A stretch of 63,995 nucleotides of DNA, filler included, from Basidiobolus ranarum (Eukaryota): assembly GCA_040143965.1 (NCBI GenBank). It is 7 parts of 7 records of this genome, joined end to end, with 100 filler letters (N's around TTAATTAATTAA, not from the genome) between each part and the next. Parts side by side here need not be neighbours in the genome. Positions count along the whole stretch, not along the records: positions 1 to 9,162 come from JASJQH010000866.1; positions 9,263 to 18,410 come from JASJQH010000867.1; 5 more parts are not named here. The stretch is one strand, 5' to 3'. The position numbers and the translations under genes are program-made. Shown in pieces: positions 1 through 12,064 of the stretch. Below the pieces are notes generated by a model. The model saw nothing but the letters and a program-made list of their open reading frames with translations. It made no database searches and was not told the DNA's origin. Position 1 is the stretch's first letter. Each line of letters opens with the position of its first letter.

Positions 1-103
1 AGGTAGACCTACGAGGAGCAGGGGATTTGATTTCCATGTGACCAGACACGGAACCTAAAAGGGCGCAGAGAGACGCAGCGATCAAGCAAGGTACACTTCT
101 CAT
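1..103 (-). CDS. 5' end of a secreted histidine-brace protein, probable AA11-type lytic polysaccharide monooxygenase (runs off window start)
   Basis: Manual translation from ATG at 103: MRSVPCLIAASLCALLGSVSG|HMEIKSPAPRRST. A 21-aa signal peptide is followed by His1 and an HMxxxxPxPR start typical of AA11-like LPMOs. TATATATAAA lies on the minus strand at 171-180. Not in the ORF track. Confidence 0.6.
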   Translation of the reverse strand, partial: MRSVPCLIAASLCALLGSVSGHMEIKSPAPRRST

Positions 104-543
104 TTTCTATTTGGCCAGTTACAACTTGTAAACGGATAAGATGTTCTTTAGAGATGTGAACTTGGAGCCTTTTATATATAAAAATGAGAGAATTACAAAA
201 GGCAGTACAAGCGATTCAAGGTATCTTCTAATTTAGATTCTCATCAAGCATCTTAAAATTGGAGTAACTACGATTCCCTCCCAATCCACTCTTTGTCCTA
301 CCACCAAATTTCCGGGATGCAGTAGATGATTTCCAGAGGGATATTTGCTAATGCTAATTCGTGTGTAACAATCAAACAAGTATTACATTAAACTTGAACC
401 TCAACTATATTGAGATCACCAAGGATACTGGATTTTTTGCTGTTATAACCCATCTGGATCGATTAGGCTAGTTACCATCAAAATGTTGAGGAGTACAGCG
501 TTTCCATAGATTTGGGTTCCTTCCAATTCTGTATATTTGGCGG

Positions 544-618
544 TGTACTTGAGACTGGATACTAGACTAGATGCTACTCATTAATGTACTTGAGACTAGA
601 CTGGATGCTACTCATTAA
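544..618. repeat. imperfect tandem duplication (~35-41 bp unit x2)
   Basis: TGTACTTGAGACT...AGACTRGATGCTACTCATTAA occurs twice in tandem. Confidence 0.7.
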
Positions 619-1231
619 TTAACAAGTGAAAGGGTCCTCTAGATATGGGAACTCTGTTGCATGACATCTGCATTTCTCACACGAGTTGAGCACTTTTTGC
701 CTTCAATAGATCGATTTATGAGGGTTTTTTTGCCAGTACTCTTCATCCTAGTGAGTATTCCACCATGCCAAAGTCACGGGGTATTGGATAATACAACTAT
801 TTGAAGATTAGTTGCTCTAATTCTTGGTAGAAATGTAGTTAGAGTCATAAAAGAAAACTGATTGTGGAAGAGCGCAGCTATTACCCATAATATATATAAT
901 CTTTTTCCCAGCTACCCTCTGAGCGGCTTACCCGCGTTAACATAATGATTTTAGCTACTTTTTTTCCCTCTCATTATATCTCAATGGCCAAATCATCTTA
1001 TCTTATACGCCTAGTCATTGTTGGATGCTACCTGTTGCATAGTATCCCTCCTCCAAGAATCAGCCAACGCTGAGTACACCTTATTTGTTTGCAACTTATC
1101 TTCAAAAACTCTCTTTTGATATACACTGTGGCTCAGATTCCATCATTCTTGGCGATATTATACACACTTATGTTCAGTCCAGTGAATGAATCAGCTTTGA
1201 GCGCAACATATTTTTTACACTAAGGTTTTAC

Positions 1232-1534
1232 TGTTGAAATTAGCATTGCCTAAACACCTATATAGTCATATAAAGCTTAGTATCTAGTTATCCTATATTG
1301 AACCAAGATATCTCCCATTATTCTCATGAGGAATTTACTTGGAAGTTTGAAGATATATAGATTTTGATAACTTGTGCTAGAAGCCCCAAACTTTGGACAC
1401 ATCTTCCTGGGATCTTCCTTAACATATCTTACATGTTTGTTTACTTACACCCTGACAGAACTCTAAATGTCAACTTTCAACCCAATAAATCTAAGTGAAA
1501 ACCACCTCCAACAGGCTCCCAAAATATTTTGATA
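1232..1534 (-). mobile_element. solo LTR, Ty3/Gypsy family A (decayed)
   Basis: Runs from TGTTGAAATTAGCATTGCCTAAACACCTATATAGTCAT to CAACAGGCTCCCAAAATATTTTGATA; reverse complement of the LTR at 7670-8016. Confidence 0.85.
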
Positions 1535-3659
1535 ATAACAGGCCAGTACTTGCATAAGTTGCAAAATAATCAACTGTTGATAAGCAGTGAGGTGCAATAT
1601 GTTCTTTGTTCCAAATAACAAAATTGCTGCTTTTGGAGTAAACAGATTTTACGTTAAAGCAAGTGAATAACAAAGGAACCTGAAGTTGCATTAAAGAACA
1701 TTTTGGTATTCAAACCTACCTTAAAACAATTTATACAATGGTTTTTCTTTAATTATCCACCGCAATCACCAGGCAAGGTACCATTTTTTTCTTTGAACTT
1801 AAAACGTTATTAAGTAAAGCTAAATTCCGGGCTCTTTATACTTCTCAATACTTGAGTATTAAGACAAATTGCTATAAAGTTGGTTTTTTTGAATGTTTAT
1901 TTTTTATTTGATTGTGAATGTGTAGGCAATGCTGCTCATAGTATCATATTGATCCGAGTTAACTGACGCAATTTAGCTACATAGTACTACAAAATATGGT
2001 ACTGAGGAGTTTTAAAAATAACTTGGAGCTTGTTATGGCACAAAACAGCATGATCGCGCTAGACAAGATATAAGGTTTTTTGAATCATGGATCAAATAGC
2101 CCTAATACTCATGCTTATATATAATCACTGACAATTGGCATGAAAATATGTGAAGCCCAACAAATATATGAGATACAGATTAGGCTAAAGAACTGAGTCC
2201 ATTAATGAACTGGATTGTATATGTGGTTTCTACTTGCCGTAAACCTCTCAGTAGTTAAGAATTGTTACAATTTCAGCTTTTCTTGGCAGCTACAATACCC
2301 TTGGTAAGACAAGAAGTATAGTATGATACTCTTGCTTAATATTACATTTCGAGGCCCAGGGTGATTCTGTTCTTGCAAACTATGGTAGCCATACAGGTGC
2401 ATATCAGTAGAAGAATTTCATTTCCTCAATTTACAGAATTAAATCAAGTAACACACTTTGACTAATAATCATAATTTATACGTTAAATACATGCGGAATT
2501 AAGTGGAAAAAAAGACTTGCAAACTCATATTCAATATAACGCGGATTAATCAAATTAAAGACAAAAAAATTGAAGTTATGAGAAATACTTTTACTCGGGG
2601 AAGAAGCTTGTGAATCCATGAAAGTTAGGCAACTTTGATATATATTGAAAATAATAAAAGCTGCTCAAATAGAGAGTCAAACGTATGAGGGACATGGTGG
2701 TAGTAGTGTTTCTGAGGTGTTCATGGTAGCAATAAGGCAACCTATTCAATTGGATAAACACCTGCGTCAGTTAGATTATGTATTTAACTGCAACGCGCAT
2801 CATTAGAAGTGATGTTGAATCTCAACAAAATTGACTACAAATACCTCAGTATTATATCCATTAATCGAAGAAATTCTATTGGTAGCTCCAAATGTTATTT
2901 CAACAATAGAGAAAACTCGTGTGATAAAAGCACGCGACAACTACTTGCTGTGGCTGAACTCCTACACTGTTCAGATAACCACAATCTTAAGCCAGGTTAC
3001 AACCAACACTTCGAGCCCAAAATCCAGTTAGAGACTGTTCCAATTTAATTGATGTATAAGCAGTTAAGAGCCCTTCGGTTTCTCGCGTACCATGAATGAG
3101 TTTAGATCTGTAACAACCTCACGCTTAGATCGTGGGGAGCTCTAGTGTTTGAGATAGCGGTAACTGCCATTGAATCCCGGGTAATGTATAACTTTTATCC
3201 GCCTCAAAGCATCAACAAATACTGAGCAGCGTCAGTTACCAATGGTTATAAATAATTCCTTAGATACTCTCATCCCCAAATTGGGTAGTCACCGAAGTTT
3301 CTATACATTCGTAAAGAAGGTTGATTTACTTACGACAACAACCTACAATTCACCCATCCATAAGCAACTTTACTGGATTTCATTAAACTTTCCATTGGAA
3401 TGGAATGGAATGAATTGGACTGGGTGAGATGATCGAGTCCCAAAAACATCGATTATCCGAAAGTCTTTGTTTTGAGAATACTCCTAAAGAACTTCGGTTT
3501 TGTTACTTGATTGGAGGAAGAATGGGGCAGATTCTTTATTCCTATATAAGCGATAAGGACCGAGGGCAGAACCACTTTTCTTTCCTTCTATCTGTAAAGC
3601 TCCGTTTTCTTTCTGCCAGTACGGAGACAAGTTGACTGTATAAAACCCATTGATCTTTC

Positions 3660-4907
3660 ATGATGAAATCCTCTAGACTTGGTGAAAGACGGTGGTGTAC
3701 AATAATCGCATTGGTGGTGGTGGTGATTGGGTTACTTTGCCTGTTCATTCTGTATCCAATTCTTGATGACAACAAACCCACCAACCCCTCTGGTCTCTCT
3801 ATCCATCACATACGCAGGCCTAGTGTTTGGATAGATAGCGACACACCGGAAGAGTGGCGTAGCCTCAATTTTAGCAACACAAATTTTGATCTGGTATTCT
3901 CGGATGAGTTTAATCAAGATGGTCGTTCATTCGGACCAGGTGAGGATAAAGCCTGGGAAGCGGTGAATCTACCTAGTCGTCTGCCTGATCTTACATCGTA
4001 CAATTCAGATGCAATAACTACACAAGGTGGTAGTTTAGTGATTACGTTGACAGCGGATCAAGACAACTCGCAAACTTATTCATCTGGAATGCTTCAATCT
4101 TGGAACAAATTTTGCTTTACTGGTGGCTTTATCCAAGCGAGGGTTTCCTTCCCAGTGAATAGTCAAGGATTATCTCCATCCCTTTGGACCATGGGCAATC
4201 TGGCCCGACCCGGATATCCTGCCACCACTGATGGTGTTTGGCCTTATTCTTATGACTCCTGTGATGCTGGTATAACACAGCAACCACCAATTTCATCCCT
4301 CCATAGTCAAAAACTGAACAAGTGTCTGTGCAAGAACGATGACACGCCATCTCCTGGCAAAGGAAGAGGAGCCCCAGAAATCGATTTAATAGGGACAAGA
4401 GGGATGGAGTTCTCACAATCGTTTAAAGTAGCTCCATTTGATAATATTCACCAAACAAATGAAGAAAAAACTGCAGAGGTCTTGTCAGCCAACATTTACA
4501 TTCCTAACGACAACTATCACACATATGGATTCAAATATCAGCCTGGACCAGATGGTTACATACAGTGGTACCATGATGACTACGCGAAACACAGAATGAG
4601 TGCAAATGACATAGGGCCCGACCCATCAACAAATGTAACCCAACGATTAATTCCCGAAGAACCTATGTCGATTATTGTCAACCTGGCCGTAGGCAAACTT
4701 TTCCAATCAAACGCGTTACCAGTGACTATGAATGTAGACTACATTCGAGTATATCAGGATCGCAAGTCAATCAATATAGGCTGTGATCCAGAAGCATTCC
4801 CAACTGCTGCTTATATCAAGAAGCATAGTGACATCTATAATAACAGTAGCTTAACTGCATGGCCACATTCTTTCCCTGGCTACTCTTTTTCTGGAGTGTG
4901 CGTGTGA
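3660..4907 (+). CDS. KRE6/SKN1-like GH16 beta-glucan synthesis-associated type II membrane protein
   Basis: N-terminal TM helix; motifs LVFSDEFN, SGMLQSWNKFCFTGG, WTMGNLARPGY, WPYSYDSCDAG, GRGAPEID, IPEEPMSI, VDYIRVYQ; single exon. Confidence 0.9.
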   Translation: MMKSSRLGERRWCTIIALVVVVIGLLCLFILYPILDDNKPTNPSGLSIHHIRRPSVWIDSDTPEEWRSLNFSNTNFDLVFSDEFNQDGRSFGPGEDKAWEAVNLPSRLPDLTSYNSDAITTQGGSLVITLTADQDNSQTYSSGMLQSWNKFCFTGGFIQARVSFPVNSQGLSPSLWTMGNLARPGYPATTDGVWPYSYDSCDAGITQQPPISSLHSQKLNKCLCKNDDTPSPGKGRGAPEIDLIGTRGMEFSQSFKVAPFDNIHQTNEEKTAEVLSANIYIPNDNYHTYGFKYQPGPDGYIQWYHDDYAKHRMSANDIGPDPSTNVTQRLIPEEPMSIIVNLAVGKLFQSNALPVTMNVDYIRVYQDRKSINIGCDPEAFPTAAYIKKHSDIYNNSSLTAWPHSFPGYSFSGVCV

Positions 4908-6599
4908 GATCTCTCTTAGCACAAATAAATCGCTAGTGTTTGCATTACGTGGGTTATAATTGTATTCTGGCCTAAGCCACATTGCTCAGTATTTAGGGTT
5001 GAGAATTATCACTCTCATTTGTACAGTATCGACCCGATCTAACCCAATGAAATCCATATAAATGAATCAAAACAAATCCATATTAGTCTTATCAAATACT
5101 CTTTGGATTTCTCTTTCTTCCTCACAATAACAATCTTTTTCAAAAACTTGATTAAAACATCTCCTTTTTTGTCTATCCGAGGGTCAGGATAAAAATATTT
5201 CTCAATTATCCAATCACATATGCTAACTCGTGATGAAATGAAACCTATTTTTAGCTCACTCCGATCAACTGATGATTCAACTGGATAGCCAATAAAATGG
5301 ATTGAATATTAATTCCATATTTGACTTGATTTTCATGCGATATCATGCATTACCCTGATCAGAAATGGTCTAGTCTTGATTGAAGCTATTACTGATCAGG
5401 TTAAGGCGAAGAGAAAATCCAATATTAATTCTCATGCTTGAGTGGATCGAAAATACCTCTTCTTCAGATTCCAACATTCATATATACATATTCCATTTAT
5501 ACATCAATTCTACTACCAACAGTAGTCCATGAAATCAATATGTGGAGCAATGTTAAAGCATAATCGTATCACGAATGGATCTGCGGTGATCGACATGACA
5601 AGTAAGTTTATACTATTCAATCGAATATTCGTAGGTAAGAGTAAGGCTAGTTTCAACCTTTTATGGTTGGTATAATTCTGCCTATAACTCTATAAAAACG
5701 TCTTCACATAGAAATTGCTTGACTGTCTATCATATCTCTTTTACGGATGTAACTCATTGATGTTATTATTATACACTTTCAGCCGGACGGAATGTCAATA
5801 CAACTTTGCTTTTAATGAAGTTAGGAACCTTATATGGTAGAACTAAGATCTGGTAGATTGGAGATTTGGTCTTTATGACGTTACATATGCACATATACGA
5901 AATGATTGTTATGGTTTGCAATTATCCAGAGAAAACAAATATCTTGACAATAATATAAAATGACGCTACTGGTTCTGCTGGAAGGTTAGTAGTTAAGCAA
6001 CTTAGTGATATACTGCTATAGATATATGATTTGTCTTTTTTACACTACTATGTGAGTTATATGTCTCTATCAAACTCATAGTCTTAAGTAATTACGGAAT
6101 TCCGCGGAGCATACAATCTTTGAGCACACAATTCACTCTCTGGAATGTGTCTTCTTAAGTGGTAGTTGACCATTGTCAAGTACCATGAATATTAGAAAGA
6201 GTACGACGTAGAATTGAGTGCTCCCGGTATGAGTGTCTCAGTGTTATAATTGAGAAACCTGAAACTGATCTCGTGGGAGTAACGATCTTCAAGGATCGGC
6301 TAGGTTCAGGTGCACTGGTTGGAGGCTGATCATGACGTTTTTAGCCGGACTTTTGATAAGTATTTGTGGTTAGATATGAGCTTAATGCTAATATAAGAGC
6401 ATAACTTTGATGAATAGATAGATATGTAATAGCACAATAAGCAATCTCTAATATTTTAACTGTTCTGATAACAGCAATACGCTTGAAAATTTAAATCTAA
6501 TATAAGATGCATCAATATCGGTAATTCATTGTGTTCATATTACTCTATTATGGGTACACACTTGAGGATTCCATACGCTAACATTCTTCAATCAGAGAC

Positions 6600-7150
6600 A
6601 ACACATATCATATATCTCAGAAATAACTCATTTTTCAACTGTATTTCTTCTCTTCTTACAAGTTGAGCTTGGCCAATACTACATTATTGATTAGCAAATG
6701 AGATCATGGTAAACTTGTTGGAGGATCTAGACATAAAGGGGGTAGATTTTGTACATTGGAGGTGACATAATTCTGATCTTGGCATAGTCATCCACTGCAA
6801 ATGGAATTCTTCTATTATTAGAATATGACATCATATCTGCTATGCCATCCTTTCTTGGCAATCTTGTGCTAGTTCATCCCAGTCACCTTATATGGAAGTC
6901 TTGTTCTTTAGAATATTCCATGAAATATAACCAATCATGTCTTCTTACAAATAGTATATTTCTGCCAAGACCTTCCATGGAAGGTCATCTGATCATCCTT
7001 ACATCTTCCCCCTTTGTATTGGTCCTTGTAGTCCCCAACACCCCAACACTTGAACTTGTCACAGCATATTTCCTATTCAGTATATTATGTTTCACCCTGC
7101 AATATCTATATAAGCTCCCTGTTTTCCTTGATTAGTCCTCAGTCTGATTA
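6600..7150 (-). pseudogene. possible highly decayed non-LTR retrotransposon endonuclease relic
   Basis: Weak APE-like remnants on the minus strand (ILQGET resembling LQET, GDWD resembling GDFN) with many stops; CpG-poor. Confidence 0.25.
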
Positions 7151-7669
7151 ACACCAGTTTTCAATAGAGATTCTTGCTAAAGTATCTTCCCTATCCAGTC
7201 TTGTCCTTCCTTGTGATCTACATCCAAGTTCCTTCCTGCTATCTAACCTCTTGTCTCTGTTTCCAGTCCTTGTCCAGGACCTTTTTGTGACAGTTTGATC
7301 AGACTACTTACACTTGCTTGTAGACCTCTCTCTATGCCTGTTCTCTAACCTTAAAACCTCTCAAGATTGACTTCCCTCTAATAACCAATCTTTCCCAAGC
7401 TTCCCTGCTAAGGCAAAGGTACCTTTCATCTATGGATAACTGCTCAAAGTGAATCCTTGTCAAGTCACTACTGGTTAAGTTTACAATTGTTTTTGATCAA
7501 AGGAGCTTTAGTATTTGATCAAAATCAAAGGACATTGATATCAGAATATTCTTTTGTCAAGATGCCAATTATTTCTTCACCAGAAAGTTATATATTGCAT
7601 TGTGATTATCATTCCTAGGGAAACTTGTGGTTATAAAACTTCCTCCTATAACATAGTAGGTACTATGTT

Positions 7670-8016
7670 TGTTAAAGTATTTGGGAGCCTGTTGGAAGAG
7701 GTTTCAAGAATTAGAGGAATTGGTAGTTTTCACTTACTGATTTATCAAGTAGAAAGTTGACATTTATAGTTTTTCAAGATGCAAACAAACTAATGTATAC
7801 AATGTGTTAAGGAAGGTCCCAGGAGCATGTGTGCAAAGTTTGGGGCTTCTAGCACAAGTTTGAAAAAACTATATATCTGAGAACTTCTAAGTTGATAAAA
7901 ATATCCCAAGTAAATTCAACTTAAGAATAATGGATAATATCTTAGTGTATTATAAGATAACTATGTACTAAGCTATATATGACTATATAGGTGTTTAGGC
8001 AATGATAATTTCAACA
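7670..8016 (+). mobile_element. 5' LTR of Ty3/Gypsy element family A (347 bp, TG...CA)
   Basis: TGTTAAAG...TTTCAACA termini, followed 21 nt later by the gag ATG; five related copies elsewhere in the window. Confidence 0.9.
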
Positions 8017-8037
8017 ATATCTATACCAGCCCCCACA

Positions 8038-9162
8038 ATGGAAAATATTAAGCTAGCTCTTGCTCAGTTTCAACAAGAAAATTAAGAACTTTGTGCTTCT
8101 GCTGCTCAAGTACAGAATTCAGCTCCACCTAGCTATCCTGCAAATCCAAATCCTGAACCAAAGATCTCCTTGCCTAATAAGTTTGATAGGACTTGCCAAA
8201 ACTATTGTGCATTTATCTACGAAGTAAAACTCATCATCCAGCTATATCCCCATTGATACCCCTCCAATCATACAAAAGTAGGCCTAGTGGGAACACTATT
8301 ATCTGGAACAGCTCTATCTTGGTTTGCTCCTTTGATGGAAAGTTAATCTCCACTTCTTTCCAACTTCCTTGCCTTCCATGCTGAGCTGGAAGCTACATTT
8401 GGAAATGTTGACAAGAAATGAACTTTGGCTACCAAGCTTGATGCACTTAAACAAGGGTCAAAGCCTGCATCAACTTATGCAGCAGAATTTTGCCTCCTTG
8501 CCTGTGATATCAATTGGGGAGTTTCAAAATCAAAGACCTACAAGATGGAAAACTATTGAAATTAGCATTGCCTAAACACCTATATAGTCATACATAACTT
8601 GATACTTAGTTATCTTATAATTCAATAATATATTATCCATTATTCTCAATTATAATTTATTTGGAATGTTTTTACCAACTTTGAAGATCTCAGATATATA
8701 GATTTTCAAACTTGTGCTAGAAGCCCCAAACCTTGAACACATGCTCCTTGGACCTTCCTTAACACATTCTATACATCAGCTTGTTTACATCTTGACAAAC
8801 CTATAAGTGTCATCTTTCTACTCAATACATCAACCTATGAAAACCACCAATTTCTTTAATTCTCCAAGCCACTTCCAACAGACTCCCAAATACTTTTACA
8901 AAAGCAACCACCATTTAGGCCTATCTATGGGCGGGACCCAGCCAGAGCTCAACATTCTGAAATATTATATAGCAGAAAATCTGGAGAATAGATTTATCCA
9001 ACATTCAAATTCTCCAGCAAGATCTCCATTCTTATTAGTGAAGAAAAGGGGTTGATCCCTTCATCTCTGTATGGATTAACAAGGCCTAAATATCATTACA
9101 GTCAAAAATTGATACCCCTTGTCATTAATTAACTCACTCTTTGAATATCTTGTTGCAGCTAA
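8038..9162 (+). pseudogene. decayed Ty3/Gypsy gag plus start of reverse transcriptase; internally deleted and truncated by contig end
   Basis: gag remnants: PEPKISLPNKFD, VKLIIQLYPH*YP, KVGLVGTLLSGTALSWFAPLME, LACDINWG. RT remnants: QPPFRPIY, YIAENLENRFIQHSNSPARSPFLLVKK, LHLCMD*QGLN, KN*YPL. Stops and frameshifts throughout; no protease seen. Confidence 0.85.
8554..8900 (-). mobile_element. solo LTR family A nested in inverse orientation inside the gag-pol relic
   Basis: Full-length LTR homology; flanks AAAAC / AAAGC look like a decayed 5-bp TSD; the RT reading frame resumes after it. Confidence 0.85.
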
Positions 9163-9262
9163 NNNNNNNNNNNNNNNNNNNNNNNNNNNNNNNNNNNNNN
9201 NNNNNNTTAATTAATTAANNNNNNNNNNNNNNNNNNNNNNNNNNNNNNNNNNNNNNNNNNNN
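9163..9262. other. artificial contig linker
   Basis: N44-TTAATTAATTAA-N44 (stops in all six frames). Confidence 0.99.
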
Positions 9263-10179
9263 ACAATAGCCGGGCTTTAAAGCTAAGCGTTGAATCCATT
9301 CCCAGTTCCAGGTCAAGCGTATGACGGCTCCTTTGCGGCAACTTGAGCACTCCTGTGACACTTCCTCATACTCGAACGGAAATCCCGATACCTGTCGATT
9401 TCACAATCGCGATTGGAAATTGGGAGATGCCGATGATTGATAATATTAGTTGAGAAAGGGGTTGGAAATGGGCCTCTTAGAAATGAGGTAATCCGAAACA
9501 TTGCTTTTGGCTAAGAAAGGTCACATTTCATATCAAGTTTGAGGCATTGATATTCCCATCATGTGAGAGGGGCTTGAATTCACTGCTTTTTCCCAACATG
9601 AAATCTGGCTAATCTGTATTGTAAGAGCTTGCAAGATGAGCATTGTACGCTGCTGAGCATCAATCCGGATTAACTTATGGTCAAATAAACTGAGCATCGA
9701 CCTTTGTTGCCAGTGCAAAAAACCTCAACAGTTGGCGTCACTGGTAAGGGAAGGGATGTCGACTGCAGAGAGCTGGAGACCCGCTTACGGTTCACAGTCT
9801 TTGCTGAATGTTCTATAACCTGCATACACTTTCGCTTGATTTCACATTGATCTACCTTTTGTCGTGACAATTACGTGAGAAAGCTCCATATATACCTCAC
9901 ACGACTTCCAGTGTGACATTGTTTTTTACGTTATAGTTTGAGTCACACTGCTGGTATTACTAATGCTAACATCGGGGAAAAGGGAACCAGGCCACGCTTA
10001 TATGAGAATATGGTGATTAATTGGAAATCAGTGAGATCATGATTTCATGCGTAGAGAGTGAATAACAACGAGGATTCGCACGATCTTCTGACGTTCATCC
10101 GAAAGTCATGATTTTGATATGATCAATGCCAATTATAACTAGTAGCTGTCTACTTTCCACTCAGTTACTTTTTGATATA

Positions 10180-12064
10180 ATGAAAAATCCTTCCATCGCT
10201 CGAGTTAAGCAAATTTCTGGCCATATTAGTAAGGTAACTAGGTTATATTTCTTTGCATCAACCACCGTGCTCTTCTAACCTGCACCAATGCCTCCCCTTT
10301 AGTCCACGAACACGGAGAATGGCCTCGATAAGGAGCAGGTTCGTACTTAGTTGACCTGGAAATAGATACCAGAATATCGCTTAAATTTAATACTAAACTG
10401 GTTTCCAATATTTAGAAGGAAGTTTTGTGTCAAGAGCTGCATGGTGGCCGCCTATTCATACTAAATAGGCCAAAGGTGCTCAATTCATTGAACCTTTCAA
10501 TAATACGTCAAATATATCCTCAACTTAAGGTATTTTTATTTTGCAAAAGCCCTTTCTGTCAAAAAACCTTCCCATTTAAAGTCACTTAAGTAGAATTGGG
10601 AGAACTCAGATAAATGCAAAATCATAATCATAAAGTCCAGTACTCCTAAAGCATATTGTGCTGGTGGTGATGTAGTTGGTGAGTCTTCATGTCTCTTTCT
10701 CCAAAAGTTGCCAAGCAAACACTAAATATTATTGTTTAATAGAGGTTGTTAAAGGGGTAAAAAATCAGGATCCGAATGCTATTAAATTTTTTGAAGAGGA
10801 ATACCTCTTAAATTATTCACTTTCAACCTTAAAAACTCCACTTGTATCATTCATTAATGGTATCACTAGTAAGCGACCGTTTTTGGTTCTTAACTGCCAA
10901 GTCGATGTGCTAACTTATTCTTGTTAGTGGGTGGTGGTGTTGGTCTATCCGTTCACTCTCCGTTTAGAATCGCTACTGAAAGTACTCTGTTCGCTATGCC
11001 AGAGACTAAGATAGGATTTTTGCCTGATGTTGGTGGCTCCTTTTTTCTCCCCCGACTAGATGGAGAGACTGGCACGTATCTTGCTCTAACGGGAGAGAGA
11101 CTTAAGGGCGAAGATACTTTGTGTGTATCCTTAGATGTAGATAATAGAAATCAAAACCATACTAACTTTATACAATATATTGGTAGATATGCAGGTATTG
11201 CTACTCATTTTGTCCCTGCTGCACGACTCGATGCATTGGAGAAATGCCTATGCGAGCTTCATACCTCAGACCTTGAGATAATTAATTCGACAATTGAGAA
11301 GTTTGTATCAGAACCAACTGGACACAAGTATTCACTTGCTAAATACCGCGATGTTATTGACAAGTATGAAATCATTTCGTAATAATTCACAATCATAACA
11401 AGAAAAACCAACGAGTGACCTGTTTACTTTAGTTGCTTTCATTTCGACACGATGGAAGAAATTTTCGAAGCGTTGGAAAAAGACCAATCGGAATTTTCTA
11501 AGAAAACCCTGAAAACCTTGAAAGAGATGTCACCAACAAGTCTAAAGGTTACTCTACGTGCTCTTCGTTCTGGCAGAAAATTGGATATTGCTTCATGTTT
11601 CCAAATGGAGTATCATTTGGTTCAATCTTTCTTGGTAAGTTTGCGGTGCAATCGTTTTATTCCTAAAATAATTACCGCTGAAGTGACTCGATTTATTTTC
11701 GAATTAGGCGGATCATGATTTTGCCGAAGGAGTGAACAAAGCTCTTGTAGCTAAAACCCGAGATCCCAAATGGTCACCTTCTACTATATTCGATATCAGC
11801 GATAAAGAGATACTTGAAAAATATTTCACGGTGAAGCATCCATACTCACTTGAGCTTTCCACCGCTTCCTCGTATCATGAGTATCCACATCGCCATTTCG
11901 CTCTTCCAAGTGAGGCCGAGATATACGACGCCTTTATTGCACAAAAGTCACTCAAGTTAGATAAAAAAACGATCATTGAACAGCTCACATCTAATCATCA
12001 TGGCAAACGGGGTGTGTTGGAGAAAGTTCTGGAAGTAGTTGATAGAAAGAAATTAGCCCACTGA
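10180..12064 (+). CDS. HIBCH: 3-hydroxyisobutyryl-CoA hydrolase, mitochondrial (HIBCH/EHD3 family), multi-exon
   Basis: Exons encode LNRPKVLNSLN, AYCAGGDV, GGGVGLSVHSPFRIATESTLFAMPETKIGFLPDVGGSFFLPRL, MSPTSLKVT, DFAEGV, PKWSP; GT-AG introns. Confidence 0.92.

Noticed and set aside
1535-3030. Possible MULE/SWIM transposase relic (DKQ*GAICSLF, FCSCKLW) and short ORFs 2809-3048
   Set aside because: Motif fragments are too short and broken to support a call without a profile search
9263-9900. Short minus-strand ORFs at the contig start
   Set aside because: No recognisable domain or consistent splice model
11125-11132. GTATCCTT inside a HIBCH intron as a possible third U12 5' site
   Set aside because: Using it breaks the reading frame; the upstream GTGTGT donor with an ACTAAC branch point gives the correct GEDTL-YAGIATH join
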